Shown piece after piece: positions 41,314 to 50,952 of a stretch of 64,000 nt of DNA. Under the pieces are notes generated by a model, which was given only the letters and a program-made list of their open reading frames with translations, was not told the origin of the DNA and ran no database searches. The stretch's first letter is position 1, and every line of letters begins with the position of its first letter. Origin of the DNA: an uncultured cyanobacterium (GTDB taxonomy: Bacteria; Cyanobacteriota; Cyanobacteriia; Cyanobacteriales; CAWCAG01); contig CAWCAG010000007.1 of the NCBI GenBank assembly GCA_963793425.1, positions 320,001-384,000 on the forward strand. The letters run 5' to 3'. The translations under genes and the position numbers were made by a program.

Positions 41314-44300
41314 ATGAGTAAACTAAAACCATCTAACGTAATAGTTGATGTTAATCAGCGTTCTCTATCTACTTTAAAAAGAGCAATAGAAATGTCTTTA
41401 GGACAATTCTCCTTAATACTAGTTCGTTGTAACTATGTTGCTCTGCAAGAAAAAGTCACTCAACAAATCGAAAGTTTAGAAGGATTGCCATTACCTTTTA
41501 AGAAAGTTTGTTTGCCAGGGACAGTAACCACTTTATTTAGTAATCTGGAATCAGAGATTGATTCTGGTTCTTTTTCCGCATTGATCGTATTTGGTTTGGA
41601 ATCAGTTGAAGCGATAGAAACTTTATTGGTAGCGACAAATCAAGTCAGAGATGAGTTTCGTAAACATTTCTCGCTACCTTTAGTGCTTTGGATAACTGAT
41701 GACATTCTCCAAAAACTAACTCGCTTTGCTCCAGATTTCAAAAGTTGGGCATCAACTTCTATTAAATTTGAATTGCCTTCCCAAGAGCTAATTAAACTTT
41801 GGCAACAAACCATAGGTAATGCCATTAATCAATTATTAGAAGCTGGAGGTACTAAATTTTTACCAAACCAGGCCCTCAATTTGTCTCCAGGGGGTCATCG
41901 CCGTCAAGCCCTTGAATATGCGAAGGTAGATTTAAGAGCGGCTCAAATAGATTTAGAACCGATTATAGAAGCAATTTTGTCTTTTCTTTTAGGTAGAGAT
42001 GCTTATGTAGATAAGCAAATAGATCAAGCTTTGTACCTTTATCAGCAAAGCTGGAATTCTTTAAAACTAGCAATATCTAAGGGTAAACAAGAATCCTACA
42101 CTAATGAAATGTATGGGCTGCTACTGTTTCATATGGCTCTATGTCATTGTCATCAAGCCAGGCAGAGTAATTCGCCTTCTCATCCCCAATGGGGAGAGGC
42201 AAAGCAATGTTTCCAGCTCAGCATAGAACTTTTTGCTGTAGAAAACCATTTGGAATGGGTTGCAGAGTTGACCATTAAACTTAGTGAAGTCCTGCAACAA
42301 ATGCGCCATTGGGAAGAATTGCAAGCTGTGACTTTACTTTCTCTTAAGCAATCTGCCACCTATAATTCTACTCAGCGTTTGGGTAGAGCTTATGGTTTTC
42401 TAGCTCAAGTAGCATTAGCTAACGCAGACTACCAAGATGCTAAATCCTTAGCAGAAAATGCTCTAGAAGTTCAAAGTATTTCATCTTCAAAAACAACTAA
42501 CCAGCAAGCTTTATATTTATTCCTTTTAGCCCAAGCTCAAGGCAAACTGGGAGAAACGAAAGCGGCACTCAAAAATTTAGAACGAGCTAAGGAAGTAGAA
42601 AGGTCAAAACCTAATCTTCAAGAAAACCCTCAACTTTATCTTCAGATTTTGGCAGAGTTGGGATCGCTATATTTTTCTCAACAAGACTATCTAGGTGCTT
42701 TTAAACTAAAACAAGAAAAGCAATCTATCGAACAACAATGTGGATTGCGAGCTTTTTTAGGTACTAGTCCTTCACCTTCTAGACTTTTATCTCACTTAGA
42801 TATCTCCCGTATTATTGCAACTTCAGGACGACAACGAGATATTAATAATTTAATTGAACGCTTAAGTAGCAGCCATCATAAACTCACCGTAATTCATGGT
42901 TCTTCTGGAGTAGGGAAAAGTTATTTAATTAAAACAGGTTTAGTTCCCTCCTTGTGGGGAGAGATTATTGGGGCGCGAGAAGTTCTACCTATAGTTCAAA
43001 CTGTCAGGTGGGATTGGGAAAAAGATTTAACCAAAGAATTAGCTAGAGCAACAAAAGAACTTCATCCCAATTGGGAGCTGAAAGCCCAGCAAGACCAACC
43101 TGCTACTGCTGCAACTATACTTAAACAGTTACAGCACAATGCAGAAGGGAACTTCTTAACAGTTCTCATCTTTGATCAGTTTGAAGAGCTATTTTTTCTT
43201 TGCACAGAAATAACTGAGCGCTTTAAATTTTATCGCTTTCTTAAAGATTGCCTAAATATTCCCTATATCAAAGTTGTTCTTTCTTTAAGGGAAGATTACT
43301 TACATCATCTTTTACATTGGGAACGTTTGGGAGATTTAGATGTTATCGACAACAATATCCTAACCAGGCAAACTCGTTATCACTTAGGAGAGTTAAGTCA
43401 TGAAGAAGCCCTGAACATGATTAAAACTCTCACTGCTCAGTCTCAGTTTCAGTTAGAGGATTCTTTAATTAAAGTTTTAGCCCAGGATCTTGCCCTTGCC
43501 AGGGGAACAGTCCGTCCCGTAGAGCTACAAGTTGTAGGAGCGCAACTACAAACAGAAAACATTGCTACTCTGCAAGAATATCGCCAGTTAGGGCCTGACC
43601 CAAAAACAGTTTTGGTAGGACATTCTCTACAAGAGGTGATCAGCGATTGTGGTCAAGAAAATGAAGATGCTGTCTGGCAGGTTTTATTTTCTTTAACGAA
43701 CGAAAGGGGGACAAGACCTCTCAAAACCAAAGCAGATTTAGTCAATTTACCAGAATCAGGACTAAGTGAAAAAAGACGACGTAATAAAGATAAAGAGCTA
43801 ATTACTAACAATCAGCTCAATTTAATTTTAAATGTTCTTGTTGATTCTGGATTGGTATTTCGGGTCAGGGAAGAGCCAGAAGATCGTTACCAAATCGTCC
43901 ATGACTATCTCGTCCCTACTATCCGTAACAATTATAAACGCCGAATACAGCAGGTTATTGAAGCGCGCCTGAATAGGAATCAACTAGAAATATCCCTTGT
44001 TCGCAGACAGCGACTGCAAGCTATGGCTATTGGAGCTACTATGGCGGTTTTAGCTGTAGCTGCGGGAGCTTTTGGTTGGCGTTCTGAGGTAGAAAGAAAA
44101 GTTGCTTATAATCTCTCGGTCAATGCTGAGTTAAATGCTTTAAGTGCTTCTTCAGAAACATTGTTTGTTTCTAATAAGCCCTTTGATGCTCTTTTAGAAG
44201 GTTTAAGAGCAGCCTATCGTCTTAAGAGTAAAGAAAAAGCCAAAATCAAATCTGACACTATATTAAAGGTGACAACAGCTTTAGAACAGGCAGTGTATGG

Positions 44301-46236
44301 AGTAATAGAGCGTAACCGTCTTGAAGGACATGATGATGTAGTTTGGGGTATTAGTTTTAGTAGTGATGGGCAAACAATTGCCACTGCTAGCCGGGATAAA
44401 ACTATCAAAATTTGGCATCCTGATGGTAGTTTAGTGCAAACTCTCACAGGACATGATGATAGCGTTACTAGCGTTGTATTTAACCCCGATGGCAGTTTAC
44501 TCGCTTCGAGTAGTTGGGATGGAACAGTTAAGCTTTGGCAGCCTGATGGCGAAGAGATATTAACTATTCCAGTCCAGAGTGGTAATGTTTACAGCGTCAA
44601 TTTTAGCAGTGATGGCCAGTATTTAATTACGGCTGGGGGAGATGGGCTTGTTAAGCTTTGGAATTTGCAAGGTCAACTTCTCAAAACCATATCTGGTCAT
44701 TTCGGTGCGGTTAATTGGGCAACTTTTAGTCCTGATGGCCAGCTAATTGCTTCGGCTGGGGAAGACAATTTGGTAAAACTTTGGAGTGCGGAAGGAGAGT
44801 TACTAAAAAATCTTCAAGGCCATAGCGGTAAAGTTAATCATCTTGCTTTTAGTCCTGATGGTAAGACTATTGCTTCGGTTAGTGATGACAAAACCGTTAA
44901 ACTTTGGAATCTTGACGGTCAATTAATTAATACTCTACAAGGTCACGAAGGTTGGGTATTTTCTGTTGGTTTTTCTCCAGATGGTCAATTAATTACTTCT
45001 GCTAGCGATGATAACCAAATTAAGCTTTGGAGTCGTGAAGGTAAATTACTGCAAACTCTTAAAGGGCATGGCGATGGCATTACTGGGGTTGGTTTCTCTC
45101 CAGACGGTCAAACTCTAGCTTCAACTAGCTATGACAAAACGATCAAACTTTGGGGACGAAGTAAACTTGAACGCCGGATCTTGAGGGGACACACTGATGA
45201 GGTAAAAGATGTCGATTTTTCTCCTGATGGAGAGTTGATTGTTTCTGCTGGTAAAGATGGTACAGGGAAATTGTGGAGTAGAGAAGGTCAATTATTAGCA
45301 ACTCTTGGAGATCATACAGAAGCTATTTCTAGTGTCAGTTTCTCTCCTGATGGGGAGTTGATTGCCTCTGCTAGCCACGACAAAACTATCAAGCTATGGA
45401 GTCGTAGTGGAGAGTTACTGAAGACATTATCAGGGCATGAAGATTGGGTGTTAGATGTAGCCTGGAGTAACAACAATCAACTACTTGCTTCTGCAAGCCG
45501 AGACAAAAAGATTAAACTTTGGAATGTTCAAGACGGTGTTCTACAAAATACTTTAATAGGACACACAGAAAGGGTTAATAGCGTGAGTTTTAGTCAAAAC
45601 GACCAAATACTAGCTTCAGGCAGTGACGATAAAACCTTGAAACTATGGATAGCTAGTCAAGATGGTACGTTTTCTAGTCAGAGGGTAAAAACTTTGTCAG
45701 GTAATAACAGTTGGGTCTTGGATACAAGTTTTTCTCCCCCTAACAGCTTTGGGCTGATTCCGACCCAAACCCAACGAGCTTATTTTCCTTTTCGATCTCA
45801 GCAATTCTTCAAAAGTCGGACAGAAGTTAATAAATCAAACCAAATACTAGCTTCCGCTGGCTATGACAATACGGTGAGATTGTGGAATCTTAGAGGAGAA
45901 AAGCTGAAAACCCTTAAAGGACATACCGATAGCGTAGCCCATTTGAGTTTCAATCCTACAGGGGAAATTATTGCGACAACAACTTGGGATAAAACAATTC
46001 AACTCTGGCGACTAGATGATACTCTCTTACATAGTTTAGAAGGTCACCAAGACCGTGTAACCAGTGTAAGTTGGAGTAAAGATGGTAAGGCCATAGCTAC
46101 AGGCTCTTCAGATCACACAATTATTATTTGGAACTTAGATACAGAAGAGTTAACTAATTTGAGTTGCGATTGGTTAAAAAATTATCTGCAAAATAATCCT
46201 CAAGTAAGAAGTAGCGACCGAAATTTATGTAAATAG
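41314..46236 (+). CDS. TPR - STAND (nSTAND1-like) NTPase - TM - WD40 repeat protein
   Basis: TPR-like helices; Walker A GSSGVGKS, Walker B VLIFDQFEE, LREDYL, ELQVVGAQLQ and YQIVHDYL; about 14 WD40 repeats. Confidence 0.9.
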   Translation: MSKLKPSNVIVDVNQRSLSTLKRAIEMSLGQFSLILVRCNYVALQEKVTQQIESLEGLPLPFKKVCLPGTVTTLFSNLESEIDSGSFSALIVFGLESVEAIETLLVATNQVRDEFRKHFSLPLVLWITDDILQKLTRFAPDFKSWASTSIKFELPSQELIKLWQQTIGNAINQLLEAGGTKFLPNQALNLSPGGHRRQALEYAKVDLRAAQIDLEPIIEAILSFLLGRDAYVDKQIDQALYLYQQSWNSLKLAISKGKQESYTNEMYGLLLFHMALCHCHQARQSNSPSHPQWGEAKQCFQLSIELFAVENHLEWVAELTIKLSEVLQQMRHWEELQAVTLLSLKQSATYNSTQRLGRAYGFLAQVALANADYQDAKSLAENALEVQSISSSKTTNQQALYLFLLAQAQGKLGETKAALKNLERAKEVERSKPNLQENPQLYLQILAELGSLYFSQQDYLGAFKLKQEKQSIEQQCGLRAFLGTSPSPSRLLSHLDISRIIATSGRQRDINNLIERLSSSHHKLTVIHGSSGVGKSYLIKTGLVPSLWGEIIGAREVLPIVQTVRWDWEKDLTKELARATKELHPNWELKAQQDQPATAATILKQLQHNAEGNFLTVLIFDQFEELFFLCTEITERFKFYRFLKDCLNIPYIKVVLSLREDYLHHLLHWERLGDLDVIDNNILTRQTRYHLGELSHEEALNMIKTLTAQSQFQLEDSLIKVLAQDLALARGTVRPVELQVVGAQLQTENIATLQEYRQLGPDPKTVLVGHSLQEVISDCGQENEDAVWQVLFSLTNERGTRPLKTKADLVNLPESGLSEKRRRNKDKELITNNQLNLILNVLVDSGLVFRVREEPEDRYQIVHDYLVPTIRNNYKRRIQQVIEARLNRNQLEISLVRRQRLQAMAIGATMAVLAVAAGAFGWRSEVERKVAYNLSVNAELNALSASSETLFVSNKPFDALLEGLRAAYRLKSKEKAKIKSDTILKVTTALEQAVYGVIERNRLEGHDDVVWGISFSSDGQTIATASRDKTIKIWHPDGSLVQTLTGHDDSVTSVVFNPDGSLLASSSWDGTVKLWQPDGEEILTIPVQSGNVYSVNFSSDGQYLITAGGDGLVKLWNLQGQLLKTISGHFGAVNWATFSPDGQLIASAGEDNLVKLWSAEGELLKNLQGHSGKVNHLAFSPDGKTIASVSDDKTVKLWNLDGQLINTLQGHEGWVFSVGFSPDGQLITSASDDNQIKLWSREGKLLQTLKGHGDGITGVGFSPDGQTLASTSYDKTIKLWGRSKLERRILRGHTDEVKDVDFSPDGELIVSAGKDGTGKLWSREGQLLATLGDHTEAISSVSFSPDGELIASASHDKTIKLWSRSGELLKTLSGHEDWVLDVAWSNNNQLLASASRDKKIKLWNVQDGVLQNTLIGHTERVNSVSFSQNDQILASGSDDKTLKLWIASQDGTFSSQRVKTLSGNNSWVLDTSFSPPNSFGLIPTQTQRAYFPFRSQQFFKSRTEVNKSNQILASAGYDNTVRLWNLRGEKLKTLKGHTDSVAHLSFNPTGEIIATTTWDKTIQLWRLDDTLLHSLEGHQDRVTSVSWSKDGKAIATGSSDHTIIIWNLDTEELTNLSCDWLKNYLQNNPQVRSSDRNLCK

Positions 46237-46380
46237 TTATCTAAGTTGGCAATGATCTTTGAGGGGGGTGCAGATCCTTAAACTGTCATAGTCTTGGGGT
46301 GCATAATTTCTATTTCCTGTGCTAGAGTGAGCTAAATAGCGACTTAAAAATAAAAAGATTCCCAGCTCAAACGAAGGCTT

Positions 46381-47685
46381 ATGGTAATTACACAACGCGG
46401 TCTAGCTCTCGGTGCAACTGCAGTCGTGCTGACGACTATGGCTGTAACAGGGGCAGGGATTCATCTATCTCAAAGTCAAGCCTTTTTTCGGGAGAGTCCC
46501 AAAAATTTAGTAGACGAGGTTTGGCAAATTATTGATCGGGATTACGTCGATGCCACTTTTAATCAAGAAGATTGGCGTAAAGTCCGTACCGAGTATTTGA
46601 ACCAAGATTACAGTAGCAAAGAAAAGGCCTACGAGGCGATCCGCGAGATGCTAGAAAAGCTCGGCGATCCCTATACTCGTTTCATGGATCCAGAAGAATT
46701 TCAGAATATGCAAATTGATACCTCTGGGGAATTAACCGGGGTAGGCATACAAATAGCTAAAGATGAAGATACCGACAGGCTGATAGTTATCTCCCCCATT
46801 GAAGACACTCCAGCCTTTGAAGTGGGGATTATTGCCAAAGATATTATTACAAAAATTGATGGTCAAGATACCAAAGGAATGGATGTCAACGAAGCTGTTA
46901 AGCTCATTCGTGGCAAGCCTGGAACCGAAGTTATTTTAACTATTCAAAGAGGGACAGAAGACAAAGACTACCCCATAACCAGGGCGAGAATAGAAATCCA
47001 TCCTGTACGAGCTAGAATTGAACAAGCTCCTGTAGGAGAAATTGGTTATATTCGCCTAACTCAATTTAGCGCCAATGCGACCCAAGAAATGCGCGAGGCG
47101 ATCAAAGATTTAGAAAATCAGAAAGTAGAAGGTTATGTTCTTGATCTGCGTTCTAATCCTGGTGGGTTGCTTTATTCAAGCATAGAAATTGCTCGGATGT
47201 GGTTAGAAGAGGGAACTATCGTTTCTACGGTAGATAGACAAGGAGAAGTAGACCGCAAAACAGCCAAAAACCGCCCTCTAACAGATAAACCCTTGGTTGT
47301 ACTGGTAGACGGAGGTTCAGCTAGCGCCAGCGAAATTCTTTCCGGGGCTTTGCAAGATAATGACCGAGCGATTTTAGTAGGAACTAAAACCTTTGGTAAG
47401 GGCTTAGTACAGTCGGTGCGGGGCTTAGGAGATGGCTCTGGTTTAGCTGTAACTATTGCTAAGTACTTAACCCCTAGTGGTCGAGATATTAACAAAATGG
47501 GTATCGAGCCAGATATTATTTTTGAGTTAAGCGAGGAACAGCGCAAAGAATTACAGGGCGATCGCGGCAGAATAGGTACGAAAGACGACCCTCAATTTGC
47601 AGAAGCTTTAAAGCAACTTAGCCAGCGCATCAGCAAAGGTGAATGGTCAGAGGAGAATATAGAAATAGAAGCGGGAGTAAGATAA
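46381..47685 (+). CDS. ctpC: Carboxyl-terminal processing protease (S41), CtpC type
   Basis: DPYTRF, PDZ GVGI, DLRSNPGG, SASASEI and TFGKG. Confidence 0.88.
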   Translation: MVITQRGLALGATAVVLTTMAVTGAGIHLSQSQAFFRESPKNLVDEVWQIIDRDYVDATFNQEDWRKVRTEYLNQDYSSKEKAYEAIREMLEKLGDPYTRFMDPEEFQNMQIDTSGELTGVGIQIAKDEDTDRLIVISPIEDTPAFEVGIIAKDIITKIDGQDTKGMDVNEAVKLIRGKPGTEVILTIQRGTEDKDYPITRARIEIHPVRARIEQAPVGEIGYIRLTQFSANATQEMREAIKDLENQKVEGYVLDLRSNPGGLLYSSIEIARMWLEEGTIVSTVDRQGEVDRKTAKNRPLTDKPLVVLVDGGSASASEILSGALQDNDRAILVGTKTFGKGLVQSVRGLGDGSGLAVTIAKYLTPSGRDINKMGIEPDIIFELSEEQRKELQGDRGRIGTKDDPQFAEALKQLSQRISKGEWSEENIEIEAGVR

Positions 47686-47708
47686 TAGCTTGTTGAGCAA
47701 GGTATTTG

Positions 47709-47749
47709 AAGTGTAAGTAATTATCTTCACCAGTTAATTGCTTACACTT
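47709..47749. terminator. Hairpin between convergent genes
   Basis: AAGTGTAAGTAATTA/TAATTGCTTACACTT. Confidence 0.7.
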
Positions 47750-47767
47750 GTTTCGTATTGAGAGATT

Positions 47768-48268
47768 TTAAGGTCTATCAGGAGAAAAGCCTCTATTTTC
47801 TTGGTTTCCACGGAATTTTTGGCGACGTTGTTCCATCAATTCTGCAAGTTTTTGTCGCTGTGCAGGAGTTAATACTTCTCGCATACCCAACATATTTTCA
47901 AAATGTAAGTCCCCCAGTTGCACTTGTAAGTTTCTCACTTTTTGGTATTGTTCCCGAACTTCATCAGCCGATGCAGTATCAATAGCCATTCTTTCCAGAG
48001 TTTGCCTTTCTTGATACAAAGACTCTCGTAATTGTCTCATTTCTTCTCGCTCTTTGGTACGAATTTCTTGTAACTGTTGCTTTTGCTGTGCTGAAAGATC
48101 CAATTCTTCTAGAAACTTAGATTTTTCTCGATCCAGACCAAGATGTTGTCCTGAGTGTTGAGCAAGAATTTGGGAAGAGGGGTTTTTCGGCAGGGAATCT
48201 GCTAAGGCGATAGTTCCTCCTACAGCAAATAAACAAACGGCTACCAAAGAAATACGATGCCAGGACAT
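47768..48268 (-). CDS. Spy/CpxP-family periplasmic chaperone
   Basis: Signal peptide; LDLSAQQ and VLTPAQR (LTxxQ) motifs. Confidence 0.9.
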   Translation of the reverse strand: MSWHRISLVAVCLFAVGGTIALADSLPKNPSSQILAQHSGQHLGLDREKSKFLEELDLSAQQKQQLQEIRTKEREEMRQLRESLYQERQTLERMAIDTASADEVREQYQKVRNLQVQLGDLHFENMLGMREVLTPAQRQKLAELMEQRRQKFRGNQENRGFSPDRP

Positions 48269-48273
48269 ATCTT

Positions 48274-48768
48274 TTACCTAGTTTGATATTGAACGTTATG
48301 GAATTGAGGCTGAGGGTTGCTAGCAGGTAAATTATCAATTGAAGATGATGGAGAGGGAGGCAAAGATTGAGAATCAGTAGCTAAGTTAGAGAGTACCAAC
48401 CAGCTATTTTCTTCAAGATAACCGACCCTTTGAGGCTCAACCTCACCAATCACACCATTCCAACTGTTAACCAAAAAGCTTTCTAATTCGACAACTTCAA
48501 CTACAGCAGGTTGAGGAGGAGTCAATGTACGTAAACTATTCCAAACAAATAAAAGACTAGCTGCAATTATCCCAGGAAAAGCCCAATAATAGCGAGGATT
48601 TATAGGGGGTAAATAGGAAGAAGGACAATAACTAGAAGTATTAGCTTTTTCCTCTACTAAGTGCATTAACTTATCTTCAAAGTCACAAGGTGCTGGAGGA
48701 GGGACAGGACGATTTTGCCGTAAAAATTCTACTAAGGGTTCGTCGTTATCTTGAGGTAATTTGCTCAT
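48274..48768 (-). CDS. Putative anti-sigma factor (single TM)
   Basis: LVEFLRQNRPVPPPA...EDKLM plus TM; overlaps the sigma factor stop codon. Confidence 0.7.
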   Translation of the reverse strand: MSKLPQDNDEPLVEFLRQNRPVPPPAPCDFEDKLMHLVEEKANTSSYCPSSYLPPINPRYYWAFPGIIAASLLFVWNSLRTLTPPQPAVVEVVELESFLVNSWNGVIGEVEPQRVGYLEENSWLVLSNLATDSQSLPPSPSSSIDNLPASNPQPQFHNVQYQTR

Positions 48769-49355
48769 AATTGTTCTCCTTGTTGCTGGAGAAATTTACG
48801 TAGAGAAGCTCTGGCATGAAAAAGACGAGATTTAACTGTACCAACTGGTATGCCTAAAATTTTCGCCACCTCCTTCTGGGGGACATCTTCTAAGTCATGC
48901 AAAACTAAAACTACCCGTTGATCAAATTTAAGAACTTGCAGTCCTTGCTGTACCAAGTCTTGGTAGTATAGTTGCATTAAATCCGGAGTATTTTCCTGGG
49001 CAGAAATATTGCTACTGATTGTTTCCTGGTCTTCTAAGCATAATTGCTCTTGCTTGGTGCGGGCAAACTTACGCCTTTGATCGGAAGCTACATTCCAACT
49101 AATACGATACAGCCAGGTGGAAAAGTTAGATGCTTGTCGTAATGTCGGTAAACTTTTCCAAACTCTGAGAAAAACTTCCTGCATCAAATCATCAAGAATA
49201 GTAGCCCCACAAAGTTGATAAAGCGTTGACCTAACTCGCTTGTGATAGCGCCGGTACAAAATTTGGAAACTATAGCGATCGCCCCTTTGACACCGTAGCA
49301 CCAACTCACTATCCGTAGCGGTAGCTAGGTCGTCTGCTAACACAGGCACAAGCAT
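48765..49355 (-). CDS. sigH: ECF sigma factor (SigH-like)
   Basis: DDLMQEVFLRVW, FSTWLYRI and IPVGTVKSRLFHAR; sigma/anti-sigma/Spy gene order. Confidence 0.8.
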   Translation of the reverse strand: MLVPVLADDLATATDSELVLRCQRGDRYSFQILYRRYHKRVRSTLYQLCGATILDDLMQEVFLRVWKSLPTLRQASNFSTWLYRISWNVASDQRRKFARTKQEQLCLEDQETISSNISAQENTPDLMQLYYQDLVQQGLQVLKFDQRVVLVLHDLEDVPQKEVAKILGIPVGTVKSRLFHARASLRKFLQQQGEQL

Positions 49356-49380
49356 TCCTCACCAGTTGGTTGTCTTTAGT

Positions 49381-49409
49381 TTAGACTCCTTTTGGGAGTA
49401 AAAGGTTCA
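49381..49409 (-). promoter_or_regulatory. Putative autoregulatory ECF promoter
   Basis: Minus strand TGAACC-N17-GTCTAA, resembling the sigmaE-type GAACTT...TCTAA consensus. Confidence 0.6.
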
Positions 49410-49414
49410 ATTGT

Positions 49415-49537
49415 GGGAATAGGGAGCGGGGAGCAGGGAGTAGGAAACAGGGAATAGGGAACACAGGGTTTGCGCTTATGGTTGCCGTAGGCTAAAGGAA
49501 ACAGGGAATAGGGTTCCGGAAGCGTTGCCGTAGGCTA
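49415..49537. repeat. Purine-rich heptamer (AGGGAAT/AGGGAGC-like) STRR tract with duplicated blocks
   Basis: AGGAAACAGGGAATAGGG x2 and GTTGCCGTAGGCTA x2. Confidence 0.8.
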
Positions 49538-49565
49538 CAGAGGATTAAGAACTTTAGTGGCTAGA

Positions 49566-50702
49566 TTATTTATGAATAGAGATTTTCAAGCTATCAACCA
49601 CCTGTTTTTGTTCTTCTAAGGTAAGTTCAGGGAACATAGGTAAGGACAAAACTTCCCTAGCTGCTTGTTCAGCTTCGGGAAATTGTCCTGCTTCATAGCC
49701 AAGATGTTGATAAACAGGTTGGAGGTGCAAGGGAATAGGGTAGTAAATCATAGAAATAATTCCCTGCTCTTGAAGACTTTGACGTAGGTGATCACGTATT
49801 AGAGAGTCTTGAGATGGTTGTTCACCGACAACCCGAATTGTATATTGGTTGCAAACCGCTTTTCCTCCTGGTAGTTGTTGGGGAGGTTTAATTCCGGGGA
49901 CATCCTTAAGTAAGTCATTATAATGTTGGGCAACTTGACGACGTTTTTGATTCCAAGTATCGAGATAACGAAGTTTGATTTTTAAGATAGCTGCTTGCAA
50001 AGCATCAAGGCGACTGTTGATACCATTAACTTCGTGATAGTAGCGGATTTTGCTACCATGTTCTTTGAGCATTTTGAGATCAGCAGCCAGTTGAGGGTTA
50101 TTGGTTGTGATTGCACCTCCATCTCCACAACCACCTAAATTTTTGGTGGGGAAGAAGCTAAAACAGCCGACATGGCCGATGCTACCAACTTTCTGTTCCT
50201 CCCATTCAGCCCCAGTAGCCTGGGCGCAGTCTTCAATAACCACGAGGTTATGGGCCTCGGCTACAGCCATTAACTGTCCCATATCTAAGGGCTGCCCAAA
50301 AAGGTGGACGGGAATAATCGCTTTAGTTTTATTAGTAAGGGCTGCTTCGATTTGATTAATATTCAGGTTAAAGGTAACAGGGTCAATATCTACAAATACT
50401 GGAGTTGCTCCTGCGTTGGCAATCACTTCTGAGGTAGCAATGAAGGTAAAAGGAGTTGTAATAACTTCATCCCCTTCACCAATACCTAAAGCCTGTAAAG
50501 CAAGATAAAGAGCATCTGTACCAGAATTACAACTTACGCATTCACTTGCACCAATATAATCAGCAAACTTTTGTTCAAATTCTGTGACATTAGCACCGCC
50601 AATATAACGGCCAGATTTGAGTATTTCAAAAACTACAGCACTAACTTCACTTTCAATTGTTGCGTACTGTCGTGTCAGATCAAGAGGGGGAATATTTTTC
50701 AC
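49566..50702 (-). CDS. DegT/DnrJ/EryC1/StrS aminotransferase
   Basis: NSGTDAL, EDCAQA, SFFPTKNLG and NSRLD; likely start GTG 50702. Confidence 0.93.
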   Translation of the reverse strand: MKNIPPLDLTRQYATIESEVSAVVFEILKSGRYIGGANVTEFEQKFADYIGASECVSCNSGTDALYLALQALGIGEGDEVITTPFTFIATSEVIANAGATPVFVDIDPVTFNLNINQIEAALTNKTKAIIPVHLFGQPLDMGQLMAVAEAHNLVVIEDCAQATGAEWEEQKVGSIGHVGCFSFFPTKNLGGCGDGGAITTNNPQLAADLKMLKEHGSKIRYYHEVNGINSRLDALQAAILKIKLRYLDTWNQKRRQVAQHYNDLLKDVPGIKPPQQLPGGKAVCNQYTIRVVGEQPSQDSLIRDHLRQSLQEQGIISMIYYPIPLHLQPVYQHLGYEAGQFPEAEQAAREVLSLPMFPELTLEEQKQVVDSLKISIHK

Positions 50703-50952
50703 TCGCTTTACACCAAAAGTTTTACATATTTTAATGATTAGTTGTCGATAATGTCTTCTCCTTACGGAGATGCTACACAAACGATCATGGTATGGTCTGA
50801 CAATGTGGATAAATAACAGAAGGAGAATCTTGAGGAATTTGTCTGTTAGTGATTAATGTGTTCTTGAGCTAGAAGAAGAATTATAGTGAAATTTGTTGCC
50901 ACGGGTTTAAGGTAATAACTAATAACTGATAATTGGATAGAGGGGTGATTGC

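Noticed and set aside
44311..46140. Highly identical, hypervariable WD40 array of the HET-E type
   Set aside because: The repeats are clearly diverged from one another at the DNA level.
49415..49540. Mini CRISPR array
   Set aside because: Only two units, short low-complexity repeats, unequal 10-21 nt spacers and no cas genes.
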